DNA of 62,693 nt, filler included, from Folioceros fuciformis (lineage: Eukaryota): NCBI GenBank assembly GCA_049999805.1. It is 4 parts of 3 records of this genome, joined end to end, with 100 filler letters (N's around TTAATTAATTAA, not from the genome) between each part and the next. Parts side by side here need not be neighbours in the genome. Positions count along the whole stretch, not along the records: positions 1 to 18,814 come from JBNGIO010006289.1; positions 18,915 to 36,727 come from JBNGIO010006289.1; 2 more parts are not named here. One strand, given 5' to 3'. Positions 12,257 through 27,005 of this stretch are shown piece by piece. The notes below the pieces were generated by a model. It made no database searches. It saw nothing but the letters and a program-made list of their open reading frames with translations, and was not told the DNA's origin. Every line of letters begins with the position of its first letter. Position 1 is the first letter of the stretch. Position numbers and translations under genes: made by a program.

Positions 12257-12529
12257 GTGAGCTCAACTGCTGACTATGGTCGAAGGTGAAGAATGGTTTG
12301 AAGGTTGCTTTGGGACACCTTCTGAGGCGATGGACCCGCACATGCTTTTAGGGTTTCAAGAAAACGCTTGGAGACTGCCTCGCGTTCATGCTGCACAGTG
12401 CAGCCATTGCGACCGAAATCGCGGCCCTCAAGACAGGGTTTGTTGAACGACCTCTCGGGGGTGGCATCGTCCGACACTGACAAGGGCCGGTTTGACGCCT
12501 TGATCCGCGATACCCGTGTGAAATTCTAG
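12257..12529 (+). pseudogene. Tandem duplicate of the last intron and last exon of the Raf1-like gene
   Basis: Copy of 11978-12249 at a period of ~279 nt. Translates GFKKTLGDCLAFMLH...; one extra G (CTCGGGGGTGG) shifts the frame to an early TGA at 12478-12480. Confidence 0.9.
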
Positions 12530-13010
12530 TCCGTGCCGAAGTAGTTTGTGTCAGAGGATCCACGACTGGACCGTTCATAGAGATTCGAGACGTGAGAGTG
12601 AATAAATGAACGATGCCGGTGGGATGAGCTGCGGTGCAAGGAAGAGTGAAAGCTATTGGTGGTGGGGAGTTTGCAAGTGACCTTGAACGCATTGCAGAAT
12701 CCTTGAAGCCAAACTCTGACTGGCAGAGTATGGCGGCCCGGCCCGGGCCTCGGAGGCCCGTATCCCCGGACCCGGCGGGACCGGGCAAGCTGTACCTGCG
12801 CACACATGCAACGGCTTGCTGTCCAGGAATGCCTAGGATGTCTCACTCGAGTGGCCACTCTGCTTCGAGCCTCTGGTTACAGACAAGACTCCATGTGGTG
12901 ATTGGACAGGTTGGCGAGCAAGAAGGCCTGCGGTGCTTGGCCTTGGTGATTTCTTCTCCTTCTCCCGCCGCTGCCAGTGCCCTTGCTGTTGGGAGTCGGA
13001 AGTCGGGGCA

Positions 13011-14363
13011 ATGGCGAAGATGGAGTACCGCAATCTGGGCAATACGGGGCTGAAGGTGAGCGTGCTGGGATATGGCTCGTGGGTCACCTTCGGGAATCAG
13101 CTGGACGTGGCGCAGGCGAAGGGGGTCCTGACGAGGTGCCGAGACGCCGGGGTCAATTTCTTCGACAACGCCGAAGTGTATGCCAACGGGCGGGCAGAGG
13201 AGATGATGGGGCAGGCTATCAGGGAGCTNNNNNNNNNNNNNNNNNNNNNNNNNNNNNNNNNNNNNNNNNNNNNNNNNNNNNNNNNNNNNNNNNNNNNNNN
13301 NNNNNNNNNNNNNNNNNNNNNNNNNNNNCTGGGCTGGAAGCGCAGCGACTTGGTGATTTCCACTAAGATTTTCTGGGGAGGGACGGGGCCCAACGAGAAG
13401 GGCCTGTCGCGGAAGCATCTGGTGGAGGGCCTCAGGGGCTCGCTCAAGCGGCTGGACATGGAGTATGTGGACCTGGTGTATGCGCACAGGCCCGACACCA
13501 GCACCCCGATCGAGGAGACTGTGCGAGCCATGAACTGGCTCATCGACAGGGGCTATGCATTTTACTGGGGTACGAGCGAGTGGTCCGCCCAGCAGATCAC
13601 GGAGGCCTGGGAGTGCGCCAGACGGCTGGATCTGATCGGGCCGGCTATGGAGCAGCCTGAGTACAACCTGCTCAATCGTGAGAAGGTCAGCCAATTCCTA
13701 GGCCCGGATTAGTCGCCGGTCTCCATCTTTGATCTTACGTGTTTGGCTCACGCTGCTGTGTTGCTTCTAGTGCAGGTGGAAGTAGAGTATGTGCCCCTTT
13801 ATAAAAGCTATGGCACCGGATTGACTACCTGGAGTCCTCTTGCATCGGGTGTGCTCACCGGGAAGTACAGCAGAGTTCACGTCCCTGGCGACAGCAGATT
13901 CGCTCTGGAGAACTACAGGGTGAGTGAGGAAGCATTTGGGTTCAAGATTGAACAAGTTTGTTTTCTTAGTGGCTCGTGTGATTTCTTCTGCAGAACCTGG
14001 CCAGCAGATCCTTGGTTGACGACGTGCTCAACAAAGTGGAGAATCTGAGGCCCATAGCCCAGAAGTTGAATGTAAGCTTGGCGAGGTTGTGCATAGCCTG
14101 GTGCCTGAAAAACCCGCATGTCAGCTCGGTAATCACGGGAGCCACTAAGGAAGCACAGGTGAGGAACAGTTGGTGTGTGGCCTTTTAGGTTTCACTAGTT
14201 GGAAGCACAGGAATCTAGTTTATTCCTTGTTTCGCCTGCCTGCCTGCAGGTCGTTGACAACATGAAGGCTTTGGAGGTGGTGCCTCTGCTGATACCGGAG
14301 ATATGCGAAGAAATTGAGTCCGCTGTACAAACGAGACCCAAGCTACCGGAACTATATAGGTGA
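13011..14363 (+). CDS. KAB1: Voltage-gated K+ channel beta subunit / aldo-keto reductase, 4 exons
   Basis: [60 protein letters not shown], ending PELYR*. The flanks of the 100-N gap overlap (GAGCT / CTGGGC), giving IRELGW with nothing obviously missing. Confidence 0.95.
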
Positions 14364-16399
14364 TTCCTATCAAAGTATGAACAGTGGGATTCTCTCCTGG
14401 TGAAGCTCTTATTTCCACTTCGGCGACCTGCCACAAGATTTTGCACAGAGACGACACAGCCAACCCATTTCGGACGGGCAACTCGAATTCATTCCAGTGC
14501 AAAAGAGCACGTGACACAACATGCGGACACGAAGGTGGTCTGAACTGTGATGTATGTATGAAGATAGTGTGACTCGCCTTCGAGCCCATTCAAAGGAGCT
14601 TCCCTATGGAAGGGCCGAGAACAGAGGACAAGGGTATTTACACGTAAGTGAAATGGACTGAAATAATTCATCAGGGTCTTTTTCTGTTTTTGCTTGGTGC
14701 GTCATCGTCTGGTGACCCTATTATGTGAAAGGTTTTTTATTTTTAATATTTTTGGTCACTTGTCGTACTCATGCGTTCATTACTATTACCTCCCTATTAT
14801 TTATTATTGGATTCCTCGTCCAGAGGTCTCCCGATTTGGGAGGATGCTATGTTAAACAATCAGCCTTGGGTGCCATATGATCATCCCTTTTCATATCTAG
14901 ACTCCTGCAACATAACCTTGGAGACGGGCGAGAAACAGCTCGAGAAGGGCCACAGAAAGAATGGAAGCGGAAGAATGTACTTTGATTCACCCCTGGTAAC
15001 CTTAAGGGAAAGGGGAATTCCTCACGACCCCTGGGCATTGTCAGGGTCCTTATAAATTTCAGCAAGGAGTGCAAACTGGGCACTACCCTCCTCCCCACCG
15101 AATGGACTTGCCTTCTCAGAAATTGTGAGGTGTTGTCAATTGGCCCCCAGAACTGGACATGTTGAGTGATAAAATCTACTCGAGCACGTCAATCCCGCAT
15201 TTTAATACGTCCAGAGTAGTATCCCACAACAGCTTCTATCGGTGTGTAAGGAATCAGTTTGACCGTACCGTGTAAACCACGCGCGCTGCTTATTTCATAG
15301 TCAGTCAGGATGGAGGTGTGCGCAGTCTGTAAAAGGAGTGCTTCTTTCTCTTCAATCTGGTCGTGGGTTTTTCCAACCCCCCGCAAACATCGCATTCATT
15401 TTCAGAATTGTATGTTCCTGTTCCCTCCTCTGGAAACAGGAACTCAAACTGTGTCGAGACGCTGAGAAACCCTGCAAGGCTGAGCCCGCAACTACCGACC
15501 TCAGCTGTTTGTCACAGGAAGGAGTCATAGGAGTACCGGAACTTTGACCTTCTATAACTTTGAATTGGCATGAATGAAGGCAGGAAATGCAGATTGTCTA
15601 GGGTGGACTGGCATGTATGGGCTATTGGTTTTGGTGCAACTTCTTTGAGATGGAGCTCTTGTACACAAGCTCCCTCCCACGCTCAAACGGCACTTCCATT
15701 TGTGGATTGAGCCCTAACCGGGATTCCTTCAGAGTCAGGTTTGCAAAGGCCGTGTCAGTGTGCCAAACACACATCCACGTTGCGCTCGTCCCAGGAGGTC
15801 ATAGCGCAGCTGCCGCCGTTGGAGCTGGTGGCGTGCAAGAGCGTGGAAACGGACAAGGTGCATCTTCCGAGGTGAAAGAAGCGGGGGATGGCGGTGCCAA
15901 ACGGCGAGCGGCCTGCCGGAGCGATGGCACGAAGCCACTCTGGACGCTTCGCCTCCCCCTGCTGGAGCCGCGCACAGCTGGTGCAGCGCGTACCTTCTTT
16001 CCACCGCCTTGTCCAGGTACTCTCTCACCCCCACCGCCAGCAGAACTCCCGGGCGCGTATCCCCTTCCCTCCGCCGCCAGAGCGAGCAACTGGAGAGAAG
16101 CCACGAAAGCAGAAAAGGACGGCAAAGCTCCAACGAGCTATGGAGGGGCGGAGGAGGACGTTGTCCACCAACCCTGACCACCTTCCGCCACGAACCAAGC
16201 ACGGAAGGGGAAAAAGGTGCTTCATGACATCAGGGATCGGCGCATTGGAAGAGACGACATCGTCGTGTACTATGCATAGTGTAGCTGTCCGGATATGTAG
16301 AATACGGCACCAGGAAACCAAGTAGCTGCAGGATCCCGTCCGTCCACCGGCTGCGTCCCGTCTAATGGACGCCTGCGCCTTCACACGTCATGCCTGAGC

Positions 16400-17960
16400 T
16401 TCAACCGGCACACCCTGAATGGCGGCAGCGAGATAGATATGTTGGCCACGACGATGTACGGGGCATCGTGTCTTGCACGCAGCCGAACAGCGCAATCGAA
16501 GGCCCGCCTTCCCAGCTCCACGGTTCGCCACCTGTTGCAGGTGCTCAGAATACTTGTCCACGGGGACATGTAGACCGGAAAGGGTATGTGCTGCGGACCA
16601 GTGCCATGGGTCGATGAATGCGGTATTCGCGGCCGAGCAGATGCACGATACAGTTGAGGTGGTAGATCGAGGGAGCTGTGCCGTAATGTTTGTCATGGCT
16701 TCCACGAACTTCTGGCCGCTATCCATGAGGCCCACATCCACATGTCCGGACACCATGAGGACGCCGAGGAGAGAGATGACGTTAGGGTGGGTTCCCTCCT
16801 GCTTCATCCTGACCAACAAATGGAACACAGCCTCGTTCTGGCCTTGCTTCGGGTGCCCTATGAGCGATGCGTCCCATGAACATATGTCGTTCGCGGATAT
16901 GGTGTGGGACACCTGCCGGGCATCCACCAACCTGGAGCGCTTGCCATCCATGTCAACCAGGCTGGTGGCCACATGGGAGGAGGAGGAGAGATCCACACCG
17001 GGTTCGCAGAGCTCAGCGTGAATTTGCTTTACTCTTCGCAGTCGAGGCAGGCTGCTGCAGGCTGTTAGGGCAGCGACGAATGTGGCTCGTGTGGCAGGAA
17101 GTCTTCATGGTACATCGGTGAGGACTCTTGCAAAGCTTCTTCACCCTTGTTCACCTGGGCGTACCCTAACACCATGTCAGTCCAAGACACCACATGACAA
17201 TGAGGGATCTTCTCAAACACTAGCCGGACCTTCTCCATGTCACCACATATTGCACACACTGCAAATGTGGAAGCGTGAAGGAGGCCAAATATGGAAGCCT
17301 GAGGGACGCCAAAGATGGAAGCCTGAAGGAAGCAGCGTGTTACCGACAAACGTGTCGGAAGGAAACCGTGTTTTGCCCACATCAGCGTGGGTGCTTGCCA
17401 ATGTTTCCAGGCAACACATCTTTCTGTCCCCTTGCTTGTCGGGCTAGAGTGCAGGAAGCCTTGAGAAGAGCAACATGCGTGCGGTCGATCTGGACCACCA
17501 ATTCCTGCCTCATTCACTCGTTAAGATTGAGACTCCTGCACCTGTGCATATCCTCCAAATGGAACTCCAAATTCCTCATGAAGGCATGAGTGTGGATGGT
17601 TCTCATAGGTTGGAGGCACTGATTTGCGACATAAACTCTGTCACCGCCGTTTCTGCCCTGTTCTGTAATGGCACCGCAAAGTTCCAGTGGATCAACATGG
17701 ATTCGCGCACCCTAAACCACACGAGCTTCTTGCATCCCTTGATCCAGCAGGACAGCTTCCCGGATGGCTGGGAGAACCCAAAGATCATAGTATCCGATAC
17801 GACCACATTGCGGGAAGGCACGTCCGCAGAGAAGTAGCTGGCAGCCTCTAGGCTACCCCAGTTTGCACGAGCATCGAGCAGAATGTTCCCAACAAATTCA
17901 TTTTGGTCCACCCTCACCATCTTGATAACTTGGAGGTGGCTCTCATGAGACGTTGCAGAC
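16400..17960 (-). pseudogene. Degraded PLS-class PPR gene with E domain
   Basis: Fragments in several frames: FVGNILLD..GSLE, VVSWTDMVLGYAQ..KGEEAL, VATSLVDM..LVDARQV, PNVISLLGVL, and E-domain-like WTSILSTC..VELGRRAF..PYIVVANI. Confidence 0.85.
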
Positions 17961-18417
17961 AGTGGCCGACAGTGGATGGAAGGGCACCAGCTCCACCCTC
18001 TAACTGGCCCACTGTAGATTAGACCACGATGATGAGCACTTGACATTGTGGATGGAAGTATATTCGGGAAGGCCGAAACAAGGTTGTCAGTGAAAATTAA
18101 AAAGCTGACTACAAAACTCGCGTAAAACGGTGAAGCGCGTTCCGAAGATGCCGCTGCACTAGAAACTGGAAAATATACTATGTCCAACAACTTTGCACTG
18201 CACCATCCTGTGAACCCGCTGCACCACCCTCCCCACCAATGGAACGTCACAGTTAAGCATCCTTCCCCCCGATCAGCACTGCGACGGGGAGCAGCGTGCA
18301 TGCAAATGCTTGCTTGCATTACCAAAGCCTTTGCCTTTGCCTTAGCCTTGGCCGCACGGCGCGGGGGGGGAGGAGAAAGGAAGGGGCAACATAATAAACT
18401 TTAGGAATGAAGCGAGT

Positions 18418-18814
18418 TCCTAAAGTTTGTTTTGCCTACAGCTTTAGGGGCCTCTATGAACTAAACTGAAGTTTGTTAAGCCTGAGCTTTTGGGGGGCTT
18501 TATGAACTTTAAACTAAAGTTCATTTTGCCTAAAGTTTGTTAGGCCTAAGCTTTCGGGGCCTTTATGAGCTTTAAACTAAAGTTTGTTAGCCCTAAGCTT
18601 TTGGGGGGCTTCATGAACTTTAAACTAAAGTTTGTTTTGCCTAAAGTTTGTTAGGCCTAAGCTTTCGGGGCCTTTATGAAGTATAAAGTAAAGTTTGTTT
18701 TGCCCTTGGAGGGTCTTCATGGAGGAACCGCGAAGTTTTGTTTAGGCTTTGGGGGTCTTCATGGAGAAACCGTGAAGTTTTGTTTAGGCTTTGGGGGTCT
18801 TCATGGAGGAACCG
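18418..18814. repeat. Composite minisatellite (~111-bp unit, then 42-bp unit) ending at a scaffold join
   Basis: Recurrent CTAAAGTTTGTTAGGCCTAAGCTTTCGGGG. A 42-bp unit starts at 18721 and 18763. Confidence 0.8.
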
Positions 18815-18914
18815 NNNNNNNNNNNNNNNNNNNNNNNNNNNNNNNNNNNNNNNNNNNNTTAATTAATTAANNNNNNNNNNNNNNNNNNNNNNNNNNNNNN
18901 NNNNNNNNNNNNNN
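18815..18914. other. Artificial scaffold linker (N44-TTAATTAATTAA-N44); also at 36728-36827 and 49989-50088
   Basis: The identical 12-mer, with stops in all six frames, sits centred in N runs at three places. Confidence 0.95.
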
Positions 18915-20152
18915 CTTGAGGGAGAAAATCAAGGCGGACAAGGCGCGCAACTCGAGGGAAATTGCGGGAGTGATGCTGGCCGTGCGTACTCTATGGTTCG
19001 ATTCCCGGTTGCAGGACGCGCTGCTCTGCTTCGAAGCGCATGCCAGTTGCAATCCTCAAGTGGTGATGCTTGGAGCAGGTATTGTCTCGGCTGGCTCCTT
19101 TGTCCCTCGGCTCGCTAGACCCAACCGTCTGTTACCTGCGTCCTAAATCGTATCCGAATGTTGTTGAGCGGCAGGTGCTAGCTGTTTACCTCATAGCTAG
19201 CTAGCTAGCTAGCATTGGACTAGTTGCTAGTAACCAGCCGTAGCGACCGGTACCTGAGGACAATTCATGCTGTGGCTTGCAGCACTGTGACTGGACAAAG
19301 AATGGATGGATCAGTGTGTGGAGAGGTAGCCTTTGCCCAGAGGTAAAATCGTGTAACGTAAAATTTGTCACTCACAACAAATACAAACCTAATGTGTGAC
19401 TAGCTGGTCGAATGTGCCTTGCCTAAGAGTGTAGAGTCAGCTGATTATGCGCAGGGTGGCCATTGCTGCAATCGGCCATGCGATTTCAGGTGCTGGGATG
19501 CGCTAACAGCAGTGTCCTCTTCCCTGATGATGCAGGCATGGACGCCCGCGCCTACAGGCTGGACTTTCTCAGAAACTGCACCGTCTTCGAAGTAGACTTC
19601 CCCAAAGTTCTCAATCTCAAGAACAACATACTGAAGGCTATCCTGCAGGCAGGGAGGCCGCTGCCGGGGATCAGGGCCAAAAGAGTGCACAGAGTATCTG
19701 CGGACATCTCGGCGAAAGATTGGTTCCAGCGGCTGCTGCAGGCCGGATATGACCCTGATGCTCCTACTGTGTGGCTTATGGAGGGCCTCATCTACTATCT
19801 GCAGGAGTCCAATGCCACCGACGTGCTCAGGCAAATCGCGCACAAGTGCCGGGGGGAAACCATGCTGCTCGCGGATTTTATGAACGAGTCGTCCACCCAT
19901 ATGGGAAAGGAGCTGAAGACCAACTTTTATTTTCACAGCGACTGGCCTGAAGAATTGCTGCCATCCCTCGGATATGGTGAAGTTCAGGTGTCGCAGATCG
20001 GCGACGTAGATGCCAATTTTGGCCTGGTTCAAGATGAACAAAGCCTGTTCAACAAAATGAGGAAAGTTCCCAGGCATGTGAAGGCCGATGTGGATGGGAC
20101 CCCATACAGACGCCTTCTCCTGGTACAGAGCCGAGTGGCTGCCAGACGGTAA
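18915..20152 (+). CDS. SAM-dependent methyltransferase, LCM family; 5' end lost in gap
   Basis: AVRTLWFD..QVVMLGAG, intron 19079-19535, then MDARAYRL, VFEVDFP, VSADI and WLMEGLIYYL. Confidence 0.9.
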
Positions 20153-20678
20153 TTCACGCACTGCCAGGTACCCGAAATATACATCATCATCCTAAATTTT
20201 TCAGGCTCAACAAAATGCCCGCCAAATGTGTCAACTGCTTCTTCATGTGCTGTGTCGCATACAATTGAGCAACGCGTCTGGCACACTGTCCTCCACAGAA
20301 GTCTCGTTCTGTATCCTCGGCTGTACCTCTTGCACACATGTGCTAAACTTAGCCTACTGAAAGGGCTAGGGCGACAGCGCCATAGACGTGTTTAACGCGA
20401 GCGTGCTATGACTGGTTCGCATTGTCGCAACTCTCAAACCGCCGGCGGCCCGCCATGTATGGGCACACTCCACTCGCTACTCACATAATGACAGAATTAT
20501 AGATAAAGAACTACACAATTTAGAATTATAGATAAAGAACCCTTTTAAAAACCCCTTCAACATCGGTATGTAAAAAATGAAAAAAATCCAGTCGGATATG
20601 TTGCCCCTTCAAGAATCGTTTTTATCGTTTCCAAGATACAGAATAAAAGGTGGAGTTCAAGAAAACACAAATCAGCAT

Positions 20679-20751
20679 GATCTATCTGAGAATTGAATTC
20701 AGGACCTCCCGCTTTCTAAATTGGTGCTCTAGCCATCTGAGCCATCAAGAG
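20679..20751 (-). other. Degenerate tRNA-like sequence (pseudo-tRNA or SINE head)
   Basis: A-box/D-arm TGGCTCAGATGGCTAGAGC, variable loop AGGTC, T-arm CTGAA-TTCAATT-CTCAG. Acceptor and anticodon stems pair poorly. Confidence 0.6.
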
Positions 20752-20829
20752 TAGTCAAGTTTTAACATATTATTTGTAAAACAATTAAGCTTTTCCTTTC
20801 CCCTAAGCTTGGCAACGACAGCACGAGAT

Positions 20830-22531
<1,702 letters not shown>

Positions 22532-23373
22532 GATCCTTGCCTTACATGATATAGTGTGAAGAGATCAAGTAAACGTGAATGTCTTACGGGAACGGTTTTA
22601 CATGCATACATGTAACGCCTGAAGCTGCCAACGGTTTTTGTGAATACGTGCCGCAGGCCATACAACCCGACGCTTAAGGCCATGTCCATTGACAATAGAG
22701 AGTCCGGAAACCAGCACCACTCAACGTCCGACGATGCGGGGTAAAAGAAAGAACCTGATGCTCTGAAGGACTGCACTCGACTAGGAACCAAGCACTCAAA
22801 TCAGGCCCAACCTCTAGGGGTCAAAATCATAAGCTTCATTAACAATGCCGAAACTGAAGTCAACGTAGAATGCACCACAGGCACAAAAAATGTCAAAAAC
22901 TTCGCAGTAATCACAACAACGATCAAGTTGGTCAAGATCATATCAGAGAGAAAGTCGCCAGCGAGAAGATAGACCACAATACAGCATTTCACAAAAAACA
23001 TGCACCACGCGACAGGTGTACGAGACTTGACTTGATTCATGCTCGCAGACGTAGGGCACTATATTGATCACATATCAAAGCCGACAAATATCTGTGAAAG
23101 CTGCCGCCACTCCAATGGGAAGAGACCTTGAAAGAACCTGCACAAACCTTGATAGCACTTGGCACCCCAAAATCCAGAGGGGAAAATCCCCTGGGAAGAT
23201 GTCAATTTGAAGGGGCGGACCTTTTCTCAAGCAGGCAAAAAAGAAAACGCTAGACACCTTCCCTGCTGCTGAAGAGACTGTGAATTACAATAGAAACACC
23301 AGCGTGCAGATAATGAATATGTTGTCTCGCTATCATTCTAAGTCATGACGGACAAAAAAGTTCGAACTGAGGA

Positions 23374-25382
23374 CTAAGACCTGACTCTCTTCCGAGATCC
23401 AGAATTTTCAGGTAACGTCTTTTTCTCTTTCTTCCGATCCTTCAATTTATCTTCAAAGCCACTATCAGCTAATGCCATGGAGGCTGCTCGTTTTGCTTTG
23501 TACACCTAACAAGAGCAACGCAGAAACTCTGAACAACGAGCACTGATGCCAAAGCCAAATGATATTTCATAGACTGTAGATACTCTCACCTTTGTTATCC
23601 CCTTGAGTACATTATCTTCATCAAGCTCCCATTCCTCAAGCTTCTTCCCAATAAGAGCTTCTATCTCGTGGACGAGCTCCACATCGTACTGCAAATGAGG
23701 ACAACCACTGTACCATGAATATCCAGGACGCTTTAGTGCACTCAATGACCAAAAGAATGACTTAGGCGTTCAGAAGAGAGCAGAAGCAGAAACCTGAGTG
23801 ACCAAGCTCACGGCACGTCCACCTCTGCCAGCTCGAGCTGTTCTACCCACTCGATGTACATAGTCACGAGCATATCTGCTAGAATAAACAAAAGCAGTTA
23901 CAAGACATGGAAAACTTAAACAGACTGAGTCCACTAATTCCACTTCTGAGCAGTCGTTAAAATTTTCAGAATGAGTACCTTGGGATGTCATAATTGATGA
24001 CGAGATCAACAGTAGGGATGTCAAGTCCCCTACTTGCAACATCGGTGGCAATCAATATCGAAACTTGACTCGATTTGAACCGTTTTAGAGCCGCCAACCG
24101 ATGAGATTGAGCCTTCATAGAGTGCATTGCTACAGCGTCAATCTGAAGTTCTTCCAGGATCAAACTGAGAAGATGACAAGTCCTACACTTACCACAGTCA
24201 CTTTCAGGCATATCGGTTTGCATTCAAATGTCGACTCGTTTGCATGCGGAGTAGCAGCAGAAAACTCAAAGAATCCAAAACAAGGGAGCTTTTCAGAAAC
24301 ATCATAGAAAGGCACCTGCAACTAGAAACAAATATCATTACGGAGCGCACATCTTGCTCTTCCAACGTGGATAGCAAATGTGCGAGGTACACCTCCTTCA
24401 CATTTGCAGGGATAAAGAGGTACTTCTGCTCCAAAGTCTCAACTGTCTTCAACCCCTCATACGCCTGATACACAAATGCCTTGTTCAACGAAAGCTCTTG
24501 AAGTGCCTCCAGGTTGCTCGTCATGGTCGCAGAAAAAAGCAGTGTTTGCCGGTCCACTGGAACAACACTAAGAACTCCCCGTATCTCGTCCTCAAACCCC
24601 ACATCAAGAAGGCGATCTGCCTCATCAAAAACCAAAAACTGCATCCAAAGAACAGTGCTTAAAAACGTGGCAACGTCTGTCAAATCTATGGAATAGTGGG
24701 GCTAGAAGAAAATCCCATGTCCAAGGCAGGATCATACCTTCGCCCTAGAAAACACTTCACTGATGCCTGGATTACTAACAAGAATATCATTCAAGCGGCC
24801 GGGAGTGGCGATAACAACATGAGGCCTTAGCAACAGAGCCTTGCACTGCTCCAACATTCCCATGCCCCCAATGACAACTGCACACCTCAAGTGAATACCT
24901 GAGCCCAGCACTCTAAACTGTTCTGCGATCTGAAACGCAAGTTCCCTGGTAGGAGTGAGAACCAGAGCAAAAACTCCGTAGGTGTTCTGTGCCAGTAGCT
25001 GCAGAATAGGCAGCGCAAAGGCAGCAGTCTTGCCACTACCAGTTTGCGCAATCCCCAAACAATCCCTGCCCGCAAGAACCTGTGGTACACAAGCCCGCTG
25101 TACAGGTGACGGCCTCTTTAATCCCATCTCCATGCAAGTCTTTGCGAGCCACTCGTCCACGCCGAGATCTTCAAATGTGGCTAAATCCTTGGTGATCTCC
25201 TTCTCATCATCCTCGACATTCTCCCCCCGATCATCCTCCTGTTTAACTAAAGACTTTGCTAGCCGTCCCGTGGACTGTAACGCTCTTCTAGAAAAAGTTT
25301 GTGGCCCTTCATCTTCCTCCTCCGACAGCTCCCCCTTCGCCGGAAGAGCCAAAGGTATCTGCTCCCGCCTGGCCTTCTTCAT
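23374..25382 (-). CDS. RH36: DEAD-box RNA helicase of the DBP8/DDX49 type, 6 exons
   Basis: Q motif [37 protein letters not shown] and HRVGRTAR. Subfamily-type segments CIP/CVP, YGVFAL and LEQKYLFIP. Ends RKRVRS* at 23374. Confidence 0.92.
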
Positions 25383-26451
25383 CACGTGCCAGGTAAATAC
25401 AACTTCATCGAGTGATGAGGCAAAGCTGAGAGAGAACCCCACCCACAGCAACCTAGATGAGGGCTCGTTCACCTCTTCCCCGTGCGATTGGCCTCCAATC
25501 GTAATTCCCTCTGAACATAGACAAGAGTAACACGGTAAGAACGAGTTTAAGATGACATGCGTTGAGGAGCTGAAGGCTTTTTCGATCAACATATATGAAG
25601 AAAGGTGTCTGCTTCAAGCTTCAGTGAGACCTCGTGCTTTTTGCACTCCTTGTACGCATCGATCTGAACTTTGCACTTGCTCTTGTCAGAGGGGTGTTCC
25701 TCCAAACCTGAGTGCATAAATCAGTATATCCAGCGATGTCAAGAAAGGTCACGCCCGTATATCAAACTCGCTGTGTGGTCTATTAGACTTGCATCTCCCT
25801 AGCCAATCAGAAATATCATGACCGAGACCACATCCCATTGCTGTTGCTTACAGTTGCTGCTGAGCAAGGGCCGTTGGAAAGTCCCTCATTCGACCGTCCG
25901 TAAGCGTGGCCGACGTCAAACGAGAGCAACAGCAAACCGAGGGGATGAACATACTTACATTTCAGTGAGGCTGCGTACTGCGAGTAGCACATAGAATCCG
26001 AGAACCGGCCGGCGATCCTGTCCCCGGATTGCACACCTCCCATGGCCGTGCCACAGCCGATCGGAACCCAATCCTTACACCCCTAACCCGTTCTTTCTTC
26101 AGCCTCTGATGGGTGGTAGAAGGCGAGAACATGAAACGAATGACCCGCACAAGTAACCGAGCATCCCGTCAACAATAGCACCACCGATATCGCCCTTTGT
26201 AGGGGCGAACCTAGCGCTTATAGACCGGCCTACCGTGTACGTACCTATGCAATACATATATATACGTGCGTACTTTAAAAATAGATATTTTCTATTATTG
26301 AGAAAGAGATAGAAAATCTATCTACTCCAAATATTGAAGGAATAATGAAGGGCCAAAAGATAAAAAAAGATACTAGCCCCTTCAAATTTCATTTTCAAAT
26401 ATTACTTACTACTGCCAAGATATCATTCCAAAATATCATGATGTAGCTTTT

Positions 26452-27005
26452 CTACAAATCGCTTTCCAAAGCAATGAATATGCGTTTAGGGTTTAAAAAT
26501 CACTTTGGTCAATAGTCTTTCCAAGCAATGGATATGCGTTATATTCTAAAAATCACTTTGGTTAAGGCTCTTCCCAAGCAATGGATACACGTTGTGTTCT
26601 AAAAATCACTTTGGTTAAGGTTCTTTCCCAAGCAATGGATACACATTGTATTCTAAAAATTGCATTGGACAATGCTCTTTCCAAAGCAATGAATACATCT
26701 TGTGTTCTAAAAGTCACTTTGGTTAAGGTTCTTTCCCAAGCAATGGATACACATTGCTTTCTAAAAATCGCATTGGTCAATGGTCTTTCCCAAGCAATGG
26801 ACACATGTTGTGTTCTAAAAATTGCATTGGTTAATGCTCTTTCCAAAGCAATGAATACGTCTTGTGTTCTAAAAATCGCATTGGTCAATGCTCTTTCCAA
26901 AGCAATAGATATGTGTCTTCAAAACAAGTTCAAAGCAAAAAATACGTCTTGTGTTCTAAAAATCGCATTGGTCAATGCTTTCCAAAGCAATGGATATGTG
27001 TCTTC
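26452..27005. repeat. 54-bp tandem minisatellite, ~10 copies
   Basis: Unit approximately CCAAGCAATGGATACACGTTGTGTTCTAAAAATCACTTTGGTTAAGGTTCTTTC, seen as an 18-aa periodicity in ORF 26581-27117. Confidence 0.95.

Noticed and set aside
12634-13010. Missing Raf1 beta-domain exon
   Set aside because: The translations show no Raf1-like motifs; the region is GC-rich and fits a KAB1 promoter or 5' UTR.
18859-18870. TTAATTAATTAA recurring three times as a biological motif
   Set aside because: Always centred in N runs and has stops in all six frames, so it is an assembly spacer.
25383-25592. N-terminal extension of the helicase in the ORF track
   Set aside because: Looks like 5'-UTR or intron sequence; ATG 25382 gives a more plausible start.
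26452-27005. CRISPR-like array
   Set aside because: Units are contiguous with no unique spacers, there are no cas genes, and the context is eukaryotic.
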